Below are positions 1-12,596 of a stretch of DNA of 64,000 nt, piece after piece. The notes beneath the pieces are model-generated. The model was not told the DNA's origin. It ran no database searches and saw only the letters and a list, made by a program, of their open reading frames with translations. Both the position numbers and the translations under genes were made by a program. This stretch comes from Basidiobolus meristosporus CBS 931.73 (Eukaryota; Fungi; Basidiobolomycota). How positions within the stretch are numbered: the first letter of the stretch is position 1; the number at the start of each line of letters is the position of its first letter. The stretch lies in NCBI GenBank assembly GCA_002104905.1, contig MCFE01000420.1, forward strand, positions 14,152-78,151, read 5' to 3'.

Positions 1-899
1 TTCCATCTTGGCAGCAAGGATACAGCATTGGCTACCTGGTATATTAATTACTCTAAATGTTTTATTGGCTCATCCTGTTTCTGGAATATTTCCAGATTAC
101 CCTGCACCATTGCATCTATCTTATCAGCCACTGCAACTAATTACCTTGTTAGTGCTCTGGTATAAGTTGACAACATACCTGCTAATATAGGTGGTGGTGA
201 TGATATGACGGCCACTTGCTGGTCTTAAGCTAAGAGTACTCTCATTGCTATATTCTCATATGCATGGGCATTATGGTCAGCTTGTGACTCCACAGATATT
301 CTCATTGACCTACCTGACTGAGAGCCTGAGGAGTCTGCATTGTTACCTTAGGTGGGCACACTTTCAACATAGCCATTTTTGATGAGGCCCTGCTTGCTGC
401 ACTGAGTTTCACAGCAAGCTGCTGTCCAACCATTCTTCTGCTGCTTTCAGCAATTGGGTTTGTTTGGGAACCAGACAACTTTGTTTTTTTTTGGCAGCAT
501 ATATGTGGAAGTGTGTCAAACCAAAGGGGAAATAGTGTTAGATATACATGTGCTTGTGGTGCCACAACCCTATCTATAATACCTACAATGGCAGGTCATC
601 ATTGATTCTTATATTCATTTAGGTGCAATATCTCAATTCCAAGACTGTCTTAAATTCATATCAGTATTGTCCAAAATGTAGTATAATACCTTTAAGTTAC
701 TGAGTGTCAAATGGTTTGCTCTATACTGAAGACTACTATGATTCAATGCCTGCAAGAGAAGAGAAAAAAGGCCATGTGCTATTGTAACAAGCTTCTCAGC
801 CATGAAGCATATAGAGAGTATAGGAAGTATTGAAAGGACTATGGAGAGTGTTTTGTCACACAAGTCATATTTGTCCATTCTTCAGTTGCTGCTGTACCA

Positions 900-3800
900 A
901 TCATATCTTGCCAGCCGCTTGATAATTCTATATTGGCACCAAGCCATACTTGTCACATTATGGAAGCTGATTACGGTGAGCTTGTGATGCACTTAGACTC
1001 TCCTGAGCCTTCTGAATATGGCATACAGAGTGATTGCTTTGAAGAAGTGGGCTCAATGATGGATTGGGAGCTTATTTCCCCTAACACCAGTATGCAACTT
1101 ACCTTGTACATGGTACACATGGACAACTGTCATGCAGCTGGCAGCATATGACTTTGAGACTATTCTGATACCAGCATGTGGAAACAGTTGCATGGCTTTC
1201 ACATCAGAAATTGCCACCATTGCAAGGTGTCAAACTTGTCAGGAATCCCCACAGTTGGAGGAAAGCATTGTTCACACTGCAGATATATTCCATTAATACC
1301 TTGTCTAAATAAGTCCATGCAGTCCAACCAGTGTTTTGACTCCATAAAGTACCAAACTCAGTATCAATCTAGCACAAACCTATATAAGCTATTAAGTACC
1401 ACACTCAGTATCAATCAAGTACAAACATATCCAATTTATATGATAGCAAACATTACAAATAACTATGTAGCAAGGGCTACTTTGAAGGTATGTATGACCA
1501 TGCCTTTGCCTTGGCACTTGATGTATCTCATTAAACAAGTACTCTACCAGCAAATCCTGCTGGCCACTGATTCTCATGAACCTTAATCAGCCACATATCT
1601 TACAGTATCCAAGCACAAATCTGATGGTATTCTTGCTGATAGCTGGGCCTAAAACACCATCCAACCAGGACAGCCACCTGCATCCATTGCCAGATGTATC
1701 TTGTATGCTTTCCAGCAGGATACTACTAGCTGGCCATCATATCAAAGAACATATTGTTATCTGCAATTGAGATACCCCAGCCATCAGCAGGATAGCTGGC
1801 TTTTCTGGGCACAATAGATGGTATTGGTGTCAAATGTGTGAGATCCAGGGGACCTATTTCATATCTCACACACATTATTGTCAACCAAATACCAACACTG
1901 AGAATGTCATCTTCCCATAGAAGGAACATACAGAAGTTGGTATGCAACTGCAACAAAATTGGCAAGCTTTAAGCCATTGGCCCTGATATGGAGTTAATTA
2001 GAAGCTGGAGATACTTATGATAAAGGGTATCTGTGGGAGTAAAAGCTTTCATGAGGAGCAATGCACATGCCTTTTCAACAATATCACTATACTAATTACC
2101 AAGTTTCACATGGGGCATTTAAGCTGAATGAGCCCTTTGAGATGCCAGAGAAGCTTGAAAGAACTGGCATGATACTACAGATATCCACCACCTGAAGCAT
2201 TGCAGACAGGCTCCAATCAATATTTATGTGCATATGCAACAATGCAAATCTCTGCTGCTACTGTGACCATTCTCTGCTCCATCTTACTTTATGTGTGGGA
2301 TATTATGGGCCTTACTTCAGGTTTGGGGAGTTCCCTATGAAGCAGATGTGTAGGGAGATAGGAAAACAAGTCAAGTTGGAGGTACTACCATATCCTAGTT
2401 TCATCAACAATATTACCTTCATGTCTGTCATGGATGCAATGAGCTGGCATATGCAGGACAGCCAGGAAAAGTTGGGAAATGCTGAGGACATATGTGCACA
2501 TGGTGATACTTGTAACTTTAGCATTAAGAAGCTCAGCAGCCCCAATGTATGGGTAATCAGTTAGGTAATAATAATATGGGTTGTGTGCAAGAAATAACTA
2601 ATCTTTATAAGAATAACTCCACCAAAGTATGCCTGGTTTCTTCTGGTCATGAGACAATTTCAACACCATTCCATATGGAATTTGCACAATCAGGAGCCAG
2701 AGCTCACCTATAAGGGGACTAGAGCTTGGTAATGACAAGGTATAGATTGGTTAAATTCCAGGAAGTTCTCATGCCTTTAGCATTGAGAAGCTAAGCAGCC
2801 CCAATGTATGTTTAATCTAATAGGTAATGGAAAGTTGGGTTAGGTGCAACAAGCAACTAATTTATATTAAGACAATTTTACCCAAGTATGCCATATTTCT
2901 CCTGGTCACATGCTAATTTTTATGCCATTCAATACAGAACTCATATAAACAAGAGCCAGAGCACACCAATAAGGGGGACTAGAATCCAGCAGGGAGAAGG
3001 AATATATTGGCTAAATACCAAAAAGTTCTTTGCAGATATTCAGGAGGTATTCATGGCAAAAGTGGTGGCAACAAAATATATGTTTGCAAGATGTATATGT
3101 TACCAGCAATATAAGGTATATGGCAACTTTGCAAGTATCACACTAAAAGGCTGTAAAGTTGATATGATAGACATATGTCAATTGCAGCAGGTGTGCACAT
3201 CAGTGGAGGTTAGCAAGTAGGAGGCTATAGTATATTTGATTCAAACTATATGTGGGATACCAAAGGTAGTTGTAGGTTAGTAAATAAAGAGGGGTAATTC
3301 TACAGTGGAATATATGAATTGTGCAAGGGGAGGTAGAAAAAGGAAATACCATTTGGTAAATGGGTACGGTAGTATTACACACAACTAGCTGTAGGCTGCC
3401 ATACTGCTGTAATAATGCCATGAGAAGCTTGCAATAAGGCCATCAAAACACTGCTACATTGTTTGCCATATAAGGCAACTGGATGTACTGGCCAATTGGA
3501 TCCACTCAAATAGTTGTAGAGTGCACCAAGACCACAACAATGCCATGCCACCCTTGGTAAAATATCATACAAACACTGTTATGTTTTTAACTTTATTTGG
3601 CTGTAAAATTAGCTAAACACTGTTGTGATTGCATCATAAGATTGTGTAGATGGTACTTCTATAATGGCACCTGGCCATACTTGTCACCTTGCGCAAATTG
3701 AGTCAGGTGAGTCTGTGACCCCTTTAGGCTCACCCCAGCCTTCTGAATATGGCATGCAGAGTGATAGCTCTGAAGAAGCAGGCTCACTGATGGTAGTGAG

Positions 3801-4102
3801 CCTATCTTCCCCAACAACAGTACCCTGCATGAGCCCAGCAAAACCCCATTATGCAATGAGACAACCCCCATGGAAAAATATGCCAAGGATACTCTATGGA
3901 GTCAAATTAGCCCAGTAATCCATCTACTGGTGAATGATGTGATGTTGTGGCTGGAGTGGCTCATTTCTACTAATATCAGCAATGGTGGCTTTGAGGATTT
4001 ACTACTACTTCTCACCAAAATCAACCTGAGATGCAACTTATCATGTGCATGGTATAAATGGAAAATTGTCATGCTGCTGGCAACATATTACCCTGAAACC
4101 AT
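900..4102 (+). mobile_element. Degenerate CACTA/EnSpm-like (Transposase_21/Tnp2-type) DNA transposon relic, first unit plus the start of a second tandem unit
   Basis: A decayed D(I/T)PAISxIAGFSGHNxWYxCQxCEI motif lies near 1770-1850. 933-1151 is paralogous to 3664-3918, and ~1130-3640 is paralogous to ~12620-15010. Many stops; boundaries approximate. Confidence 0.55.
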
Positions 4103-4357
4103 TGTGGTAGGGTAAGCATACCTCCCACAGACAAGTATATTCATATAACTTTTATGTTGTACTTATCCATATTTTATCTTATCAGTATTATCTCATTCTC
4201 CTTTTGCCCATATTATTAGTATTATCCCCATATGATGTTTACCCTGATTAGTTATTAGCATGAGTTATTCCAGATGTTATTCAGCTTTGTGATATTTATA
4301 TGTATCTACATTGGGCAAGTACCCACATCAGTACCCGTGACACATGACCTAAATCTG
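4103..4357 (+). mobile_element. Solo LTR, family B (copy B3), left part, split by the gypsy insertion
   Basis: Starts TGTGGTAGGG like the other B LTRs (TGTAGTGGGG) and resembles 7159-7410. Continues at 12050-12592. CCAT 4-bp TSD at 4099-4102 and 12593-12596. Confidence 0.65.
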
Positions 4358-5029
4358 TGTTGTATCCAAGAGAAGTGTAATAAAGCTCTTGAATGAGTTA
4401 ACTGAACCTAAGTGACAACTAAGTGCACAATCTTAGAATTGTCAAGAGTGACAGAAATATTAGCAGAGAGGTTCTGGTCTAATATTGGCCTTATATTTAG
4501 CTGAGTTGGGCTATAAAGGCAACATAGTAGGTTTGCTGTGTAGGCTAGGCTTGGTGTTCTTGAGAGTGCTAGATATGTTAAGCTTGGGTAGAAACTAGAA
4601 TGGAGTTGTTGCTTTCTTACTTTGTTGAGACACATACTGAACAAAAAGGTTTGGTAAACTTTATTTATACTTTTCTGATTGAGTTGCATTAGTAAGCGCC
4701 AAGAGACTGGACTAATTTAAATCTATTGGGGTGTTGATAGGTGCATAAGATAAATGAGAAATTGCATCATTAATCAGCCAATGTCTTTGCAACTGCTATG
4801 TGGTTGGATAAATCTCAGTTGAGTTTCACTTAGATAGGCTTAGCAGATCAGTTGGGCATGTAATGACCACATGAAAATTGATCAGGTGTGACAGCCAAAA
4901 ATAAGTTCTGAGAAGTGATAAAATAAACCATAACAGGGATTAGTTATGTTTGGGTTGGGAAAATCAGTTAGGGTGCTAGACTTTCCAATGGAGTGAAATT
5001 GGCCAAGTTTTAAGTGTTGATGCAAAACA
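4358..5029 (-). repeat. 3' LTR of gypsy A
   Basis: TGTTG...AAACA ends; similar to 11368-12044 and to the reverse complement of 56064-56760; purine-rich GGAAGGAAGTGA immediately upstream on the minus strand. Confidence 0.9.
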
Positions 5030-7158
5030 TCACTTCCTTCCGGGAACAGGAGTTTTCAGATACCTTCTGGGTTCCCCTGCAGTTTCAATAATGATCAATG
5101 AAGACAACATCATCAAAGCTGGTGTAAGGTTCCTAGGTGTTGTGTTTGGCATCATAACCTTTCCACTTGACTAAATAAAGGCAATTTGGTTCTTCTCCAT
5201 CATGGTCAACAATAGCTTCAACTTCATAGGATTCAGAAGTAGCTAGGTCTTGAGATATAAGTTTGAGTGAAGAAGGTGGAAAGTTTTTGGGTAGCAGTGC
5301 TTGAGTACTGTCCTGAAGTACATAAGATCCTCCAGTGGTACCTCTAACAACTTTGAGTGGGCCTTCATATTTGGGGTCAAGTTTTGAATGCTGGATTGGT
5401 TCTAATGTCATGACATATGACCCATCTGGAAAGCTTCTGCTCATGTGTCTTGAGGCATGTGTTGAAGTCATCTTTTGCTATGTGGCCCTACCTCTGGCAC
5501 TGATAGCAGGGTAGACAATGTTTGTAAGGTACTCAGGCCAGTTCTTTAACTTGTCTCTATTCAAACTTGCTAGCTCTGTATTTGGGTAGTCCCCAAAATG
5601 GCTGTATCTTCTTCCAAACATCAAAGAAAATGGCGTTGATCCATGTAGAGTGGCAATATTGGTGTTGATAGCATACTGTACAGTGGGTATGTACTTGTCC
5701 AAATTCTACTTGATACCTTTGATAGATTTCCTGATGCTGTTCACTGAGGTCTGAACATGTCTTTCAGCAAGTCCATTAGCTTTTGGATGATATGGAGTAT
5801 TCATATGGTGATCAATGGCGCTATTCTTATAGAGGGCTTTGATCACATGATTTACAAATTCTGTTCCATTGTCCTATTGAATGACCTTAGAAAATCCAAA
5901 AAGGCAGAGGAGCTTGAATTGTGTTCATGCAATAGTGGCAGCATAGTTGTCTGGGATAGCTTTGAGGAGTACAAAACATGTGCGGACATCCACAATTACA
6001 AAGAGGCAGTGATTACCATCATTGCTAGTGGTGAAAGGACCAGCTGGATCAATTGCAATATGATCAATAGGAAGGCTTGCATGGATGGGACTCAATGGGT
6101 GAAATCCATGGCGGTTGATATTGTAAAGCTGACATTCTCTGCTAGACTTGACAAATTCTAGGCAGTCAGCTTTGATATTTGGCCAGTGATATCCATCAGA
6201 GTGTAGCTTCTTCATAAGTGTGTCAGCTCCAAAGTGTCCATGTAGATGACTCCTCTGTATCAACATTTTTCTTTCATTGGTGTGTGGGATTTTCCTGGTT
6301 GCTGAATGCGGTTGAGGAGTAAATTTGGAAATTGTAGTGAGCTTACTCATTACATCAGTAATTACATGTCCCTCCCAAGGAGAAGTTGGGAAAAGTCTTG
6401 AAAGGTGCCCAGGCAGGATGTTGAGGATTCCTGGGCAATGAATAACTGTATATTCATAATCAAGTAGAGTATCAAGCCAGTTAGTAAGCATTGCAATCAG
6501 AGTCTTTTGAGTTTGGACATAGACAAGGGCTTGGTGGTTGGTGTACAAGATAAAAGGATCACCCCATAAGTACTGATGAAACTTCCTCAAGGCAAAGACT
6601 ATGGCAAGTAGCTCCATCTTGGTGACAGAGTAGTTTATCTCAGCAGGTTGTAGGGATCTGGCTTGAAAAGAGATCCAGTGAGGTGGATTTTGGTCTTCAT
6701 CCTGGTATAGGACAGCCCCTAACCCAACATTAGATGCATCCATAGCAATAACAAAGGTCTTAGTAAAGTCTGGTTTGGATAGGGTGGGTGCCTGTGAGAG
6801 CAACTGGCAGAGTGACTCAAATGCTTGGTCATGAACCTTGTTCCAGGCTGAGGGAAGATTAGGACTATGGCATATTGCATCCAAAGGGGCACTCAATGAG
6901 AATGTGAGTGGAATGTTCTCCCTGAAATAGCTGAATACTCCAAGATAATGTTGGAGTTGCTTAGCACTAGTGGGTCTTAGCCATTCAGGAATACTTACCA
7001 GTTTGAAAGGATCAAGCTGGTGGCCATCTGGTGTGACAATGAATCCAAGTAGATTAATTTTGAGGTGGGCAAAGCTGCACTTTTATGCATTAAGAATCAG
7101 TCCAGCAGCTGTCAGTCAATTGATTAAATCAGTGACATGGGTTGCATGATCATCACGG
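5030..7158 (-). pseudogene. Gypsy pol remnant: RT C-terminus, RNase H, integrase, chromodomain
   Basis: ORFs 5925-6896 (LSKPDFTKTFVI, YSVTKMELLAIVFAL, HLHGHFG, YHWPNIKADC), 5478-5702 and 5133-5471 (chromodomain); frameshifts and stops. Confidence 0.9.
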
Positions 7159-8229
7159 TGTAGTGGGGTGACAGTGACACCCACTGACAGATGTGCTCAT
7201 TCCCTTATTTTCTACTTCCCTATATCTCTACTACACTTATTTTAGTTTTATCCCATTTGTCTTACCCAATCAGTACTATCCCATAAGCCGGTTGACTATC
7301 ACACCTGCTTACCTTATTGCATAAGTTAACCCTCACTTTATGTAAGATTACTAGCTATAAGTACTTCTATATTAGGCAAGTACCCGCGCCAGTACCTGTG
7401 ACACATGATCAGCCCGTGTCACCATCCCTACCATTTCCATACCATATATGGTATCCCCATGTTACACAGGTTTCAGAATACTGATTCCTGATTGGTTGGA
7501 TGTGCTGTGCCTCTTAGAACCTTCCGGCACCTACTTAGAACATTCTTAGGTCATTCTGATGTCATTAAGATTTCTATTGATCTCCGGAACCTTCTGGAAC
7601 ACCATGATTAGTAATCACTTAGCCAGTGAGAAAAGTATATAAGGGAGGCTATCCCTCAACAATAAATCATCATCCCTTTTATCAATATACCAACTTGTTG
7701 ATTAGTGTGATCACTGCTACCTGCTGCTACCTGAACTTCCAACCCTAGACCACAGGACACCCCCAGGAAACCGCGCTGACAGCCAACTGACCTTGGAGGC
7801 ACTACTTGTGAGGAATACTCAGAGTAGGTATATTTTATTATATTTGATTCTTTCCCAAGTTTGTTCTCGTACAGGCAAAGATACTTTTCTGTCTTTGTAA
7901 CTATTGACCACAGCTGCATTCTTATCAAGTCCCTGCTGGTGGAGTTTACAGTTGTTTTGACTTTGGAAGCTTTAGTACATTGTCATCTCAATGGACGCTG
8001 AACCCAGCACATACTTTTGTTAAGATGCCAACTAAGTTGGGGATTGTAGCTCAATAGTTTTCCCTTGACAAGCTTGTGGCTTTATTCCCCTTCACATTAG
8101 ATTAGAGACAGAACCCAAGTATTCCTAGCAAGCTTTTGCCAGAGGTTATTGCACCCAGTGAACACCCCACACACAAAACACTTGAGAAGTGTTGGACATA
8201 TCTCTCCCTTGGACCTATACACCACCACA
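7159..8229 (+). mobile_element. Solo LTR family B (copy B1) inserted in gypsy A RT
   Basis: TGTAGTGG...CACCACA termini; 4-bp TSD ACGG at 7155-7158 and 8230-8233. Removing it restores the RT frame VDDVIIFSTHRDDHATHV. Confidence 0.85.
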
Positions 8230-8233
8230 ACGG

Positions 8234-11190
8234 TGTGTGGAAAATATGATGACATCATCAACAAATACTAAGGCCTATGGTGTGTTCTTAAGTATTATAG
8301 TCATGGCTCTCTGGAACTTGCTGATCAGTGTCTTTAGGCCAAAGGGAGCTCCCTGAAACATCCATTGCATATTATTCCAAGTAAAAGCAGTCTTATGCTG
8401 ATGATCAGGATGGATCTGGAATCAGTGATATGCATCCTTCAAGTTCAATTTAGAGAATACTTTTGTGTCCAATGGTGAGGAAAAGATATCCTGGATTCTT
8501 GGAATTGGAAATTTGTCATCTTGGAGAAGCTTGTTCAGAGGTCTAGGGTCCAAACAGGGTCTCTTCAGAGTTAGATTTCCATCAGCACCTTTCTTTGGTG
8601 CAAGTGTCAAAGGGCTGTTGAATGTTGTGTTGACAGGGGCTTGAGTGATAATTCCATTGTCAACCCACTTTTGGACTAATTCATCAACTAAGTGTTGACA
8701 AGAATGCAGAATTGGGTATTGCCTCCTCCATGTTAACTCACCAGGTGGGGTTTCTAGTACAACAATGGATTCTGGAATAGTGCAGAAACTGTGCCTGGGA
8801 ATGGCTTGGTTTCTTTCTATGGCCAGCTGAATTTCCAATTTGATTGATTGAGAATACACTTGAAAAGGTGGGGTTGACTCCTCTGCTTCTGGATGGGGAG
8901 AGATAATCTCTGGAATCTGATCCATTCTGGGTGGCTGAGACTTAGTGATTCCAGGATATGAAACTGGTTGTCTGCCTATGTGAAAGTCAAGTTTGGAGAA
9001 GGCATATAGACCAATGACTACCTGAGGTCCATCTGGAATGTCAATAGCTTCCATCTGATGGATTATAGTTATTGAACCACAATGTATGCTGATTGGGTTG
9101 GTGATGCCAATTCTTGGGGCTGAGAGGTCCTTAGCCGCAAGTATGATTTTTCTTGGTTGCTTTTCTATTGCCAATTTGAGTTCCTTGACTACATTAGTTG
9201 ATACAATAGAGTTGGATGATCCAGTTTCCAGTAGTGCTACATATGATTGGCCATTGAGTTTGAGTGGCAGCTCTATAGCTTTTAGCTGCACAATTGGTTG
9301 TTTCTTTTCTTGAACAGTTGCAATTTTAGCCAGAATTTCAAAGAGGTTGTGACAATCTTGAACTGCAAGTTCTTCATATGCTTCCTCATACCCTGTCATA
9401 TCATTGGTTGAATGATCATCTAGAATCTGAGTAATTTTTGCCAATGGTGTAGAGCTCTTCTCAGGACAGGCAGGTGATCTATGTCCCATCTTTCCACATT
9501 TTAAGCATTTGTCATCAGCATATGGATTATCAGTTTTGGTGTTTTGCTGCTTCTCTGACATGTTTCCTGACTAGTTTGACTGCTTGGTGATGCCTTTCAC
9601 TCACTGGTAGAATGATAGCATCTTCCATGAAGCTCACAACACTTGCTAGCGGTTGACTTTGTCTTGGTCATATGACTGCTCTCTTTTCCGGTTGTTGCTG
9701 CATCTTGAATGGAGATACATGAAGCCTGGCTAACAGCTGCAGGCATGGTGATTGCAAGTGTACATATCTCTGAGATTTTGTCATAGGTACGTGCAGGGTT
9801 ACATGCTTTGGCAATTGCAATATTGCTCTGTAGCTGGTGTGAAAAGTTTGAAAGAAAATGAGAATTAAGCAATGGATTATCATCACTAACTTTGGTTATT
9901 CTCATTTGTCTTTGGAATCTATCACAGAAGTGTTGCTCAAATTCACCTTTTTACATTTTAGTTTTCCATCAGTTGCAGTTTAGATGCACTTTCTTGACAG
10001 GATCTTCAGAATGGCCACAAAAGAGGTTCTGGGCAACTTTCCATGTACTAATGGAAGGATTGTTCACCTCAACCCAGTCAGCATCTTTCATGGTAAAACA
10101 GAGAGGTAGAAGTCTAGCCCAATTGGTGTCAGGTTCTAACTGGTGCATAGCTAAGACATGACTAAACTTGTAAAGAAACTCAGTGGGATTCTTTATGGCA
10201 TTAGCTCCTTCAGCATAAAGAGGCAAGGATCTTGGGACACCACCAGGGTAAGTCTAGAGGGAGATGTAGATCTGGAGGATCCAATGGCATGAATTCTTGG
10301 TGGCTGATGCAGAGCAAGGCTTGGTGGATTTTCAATGCTGTCAATTACAATGGCAACATTCTCCAGGGCTTCTTTGATAACTCCAGTTTCATCTTGGTAA
10401 CCAGAAATAACTTGTAGAAATTCATCTCTACAATGTAGTGGGGTGACAGTGACACCCACTGACAGATGTGCTCATTCCCATATTTTCTACTTCCCTATTT
10501 CTCTGATACACTTATTTTGGTATATCCCATTTGTCTTACCTGATCAGTACTATCCCATAAGCTAGTTGACTATCACACCTGCTTACCTTATTGCATAGGT
10601 TATCCCTCACTTTATGTAAGATTACTAGCAGCAAGTGCTTCTACATTAGGCAAGTACCTGTGTCAGTACCCGTGACACATGAATAACCTGTGTCACCATC
10701 CCTAACATTTCAATACTGTATATGGTATCCCTATGTTACACAGGTTTCAGGGTACTGATTCCTGATTTGTTGGATGTGCTGTGCCTCTTAGAACATTCTG
10801 GCACCTACTTAGAACATTTTTAGGTCATTCTGATGTTATTAAGACTTCTATTGATATCTGGACAGAACCCAAGTATTCCTAGCAAGCTTTTGCCAGAGGT
10901 TATTGCACCCAGTGAGCACCCCACACACAAAACACTTGAGAAGTGCTGGACATATCTCTCCCTTGGACCTATACACCACCACAACAATGATTGCCAGATC
11001 TTGTCTTGGCAAGCTTTGAGTGCTCATGCATCAAAGTGTTTCTTTCATGCATGATGTTTTCAAGCTGTTCAGTTAGTTCTTCCTGATTTCTGTGGGTTTC
11101 CTTCAAGATGGAAAGATTTGGATTGCTTGCTGCTGAGGAAATATTGTAGCGGGGTTGAATATAATAGACTTGTTCCATCATTCCAGCCAA
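8234..11190 (-). pseudogene. Gypsy gag-protease-RT N-terminal remnant
   Basis: ORF 8422-9561 has a zinc knuckle (CLKCGKMGHRSPAC), protease and RT start (RPCLDPRPLNKLL). Gag pieces 9597-11190 match 56801-58117. Confidence 0.88.
10434..10983 (+). mobile_element. Solo LTR family B (copy B2, internally deleted) inserted in gypsy A gag
   Basis: Same termini as B1; TSD ACAA at 10430-10433 and 10984-10987. The rejoined flanks match the uninterrupted gag near 56945-56970. Confidence 0.85.
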
Positions 11191-11367
11191 TCATAGTGCC
11201 CAATAGTGCCATAGCATGCCAGATGGTGCCATACAGTGCCAGTTTGGGATCAAAATTGACATGCATATGACCCTAAGATATCAAATTAATAACAAAGTAT
11301 ACAGCACTTTCTGGCACTATGATCAATGGCCCAATGGAACAAGTCTAATGGAATTCAGCAAAAAAAA

Positions 11368-12044
11368 TGTTGTATCCAAGAGAAAAGTGTAATATAATGC
11401 TTGAATGAGTTAACTGAACCTAAGTGACAACTAAGTGCACAATCTTAGAATTGTCATGAGTGGCAGAAATATTAGCAGAGAGGTTCTGGTCTAATATTGG
11501 TCTTATATTTAGCTGAGTTGGGCTATAAAGGCAACAGATTAGGTTTGCTGTGTAGGCTAGGCTTGGTGTTCTTGAGAGTGCTAGATATGCTAAGCTTGGG
11601 TAGAAACTAGAATGGATTTGTTGAATTCTTAATTTTGTTGTGACATGCACTAAACCAAAAGGTTCAGTAAACTTTATGTATACTTTTCTGATTGAGTTGC
11701 ATTAGTAATTGCCAAGAGACTGGACTAATTAAAATCTGTTGGGGTGTTGATAGGTGCATAAGATAGATGAGAAATTGCATCATTAATCAGCTGATGTCTT
11801 GGCAACTGCTAAGTGGTTGGATAAATTTCAGTTGACTTATCACTTGGAAAGGCTTAGCAGATCAGTTGGGCATGTCATGACCACATGAAAATTGATCCAG
11901 TGTGACAGCTAAAAATAAATTCTGAGAAGTAATAAAATAAACCATAACTAGGATTAGTTATGTTTGGGTTAGGGAAAATTAGTTAGGCTACTAGACTTTC
12001 CAATGGAGTGAAATTGGCCAAGTTTTAAATGTTGATGTACAACA
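11368..12044 (-). repeat. 5' LTR of gypsy A
   Basis: TGTTG...CAACA ends; followed on the minus strand by a T-tract plus GCTGAATTCC, as at 56761. Confidence 0.9.
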
Positions 12045-12049
12045 GTCTG

Positions 12050-12592
12050 TGTCCCCATCCCTATCATTTATATACCATACATGGTATATCTATGTTACAC
12101 AGGCTTCAGACTACTGCTCCCTGATTGGTTGGATGTGCTGTGCCTTTAAGAGCCTTCCAGAACATTCTTGGCATATTTTTAGCTCATAGTGATGTCATCA
12201 AGAATTTCTCTGATGCCTGGAGTCTTCTAGAACCTTGTCATCAGTAATTAATTGGCAATCAGCAACAGTATTTAAGGGAAGGCAATCCCTCATCAATAAA
12301 TCATCCCTTCTATCAGTAACACTTCTCCCTTATTGATTAGCAGTTGAACACTGCACCTGCCTTCAATTGTTACATCTCAGACCTGCCATCAAGGAGCTTT
12401 TCAGGGTGGTGCACAAGACACACAGAGGCTGTTGGGGACACTTAGAGCACCTAAGAAGCTAAAGAAGCAGGAGCTTTTACCATAGTGACATATTGACAAA
12501 CACCAGCAGTTTAGATCCAGAGGTTATTGCACCCATCAGACACCTCATACACCTTGAGTTGTGTAGCTTCTCCCAGGAGTACCTCTACACCA
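12050..12592 (+). mobile_element. Solo LTR family B (copy B3), right part
   Basis: Continues B LTR homology (cf. 7415-8229), ends TACACCA, followed by TSD CCAT. Confidence 0.65.
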
Positions 12593-12596
12593 CCAT

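Larger units (their letters stand above)
4358..12044 (-). mobile_element. Full-length degenerate Ty3/gypsy chromovirus (family A) with two LTRs, interrupted by two solo LTRs
   Basis: LTRs at 4358-5029 and 11368-12044. Internal gag, protease (VALLETGSS), RT (YVDD region ~8240), RNase H (TDAS-like MDASNVGLGAVL), integrase (GPY/EGP motif) and chromodomain (YEVEAIVDH...YLVKWKGY). TSD ATCTG/GTCTG. Confidence 0.92.
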
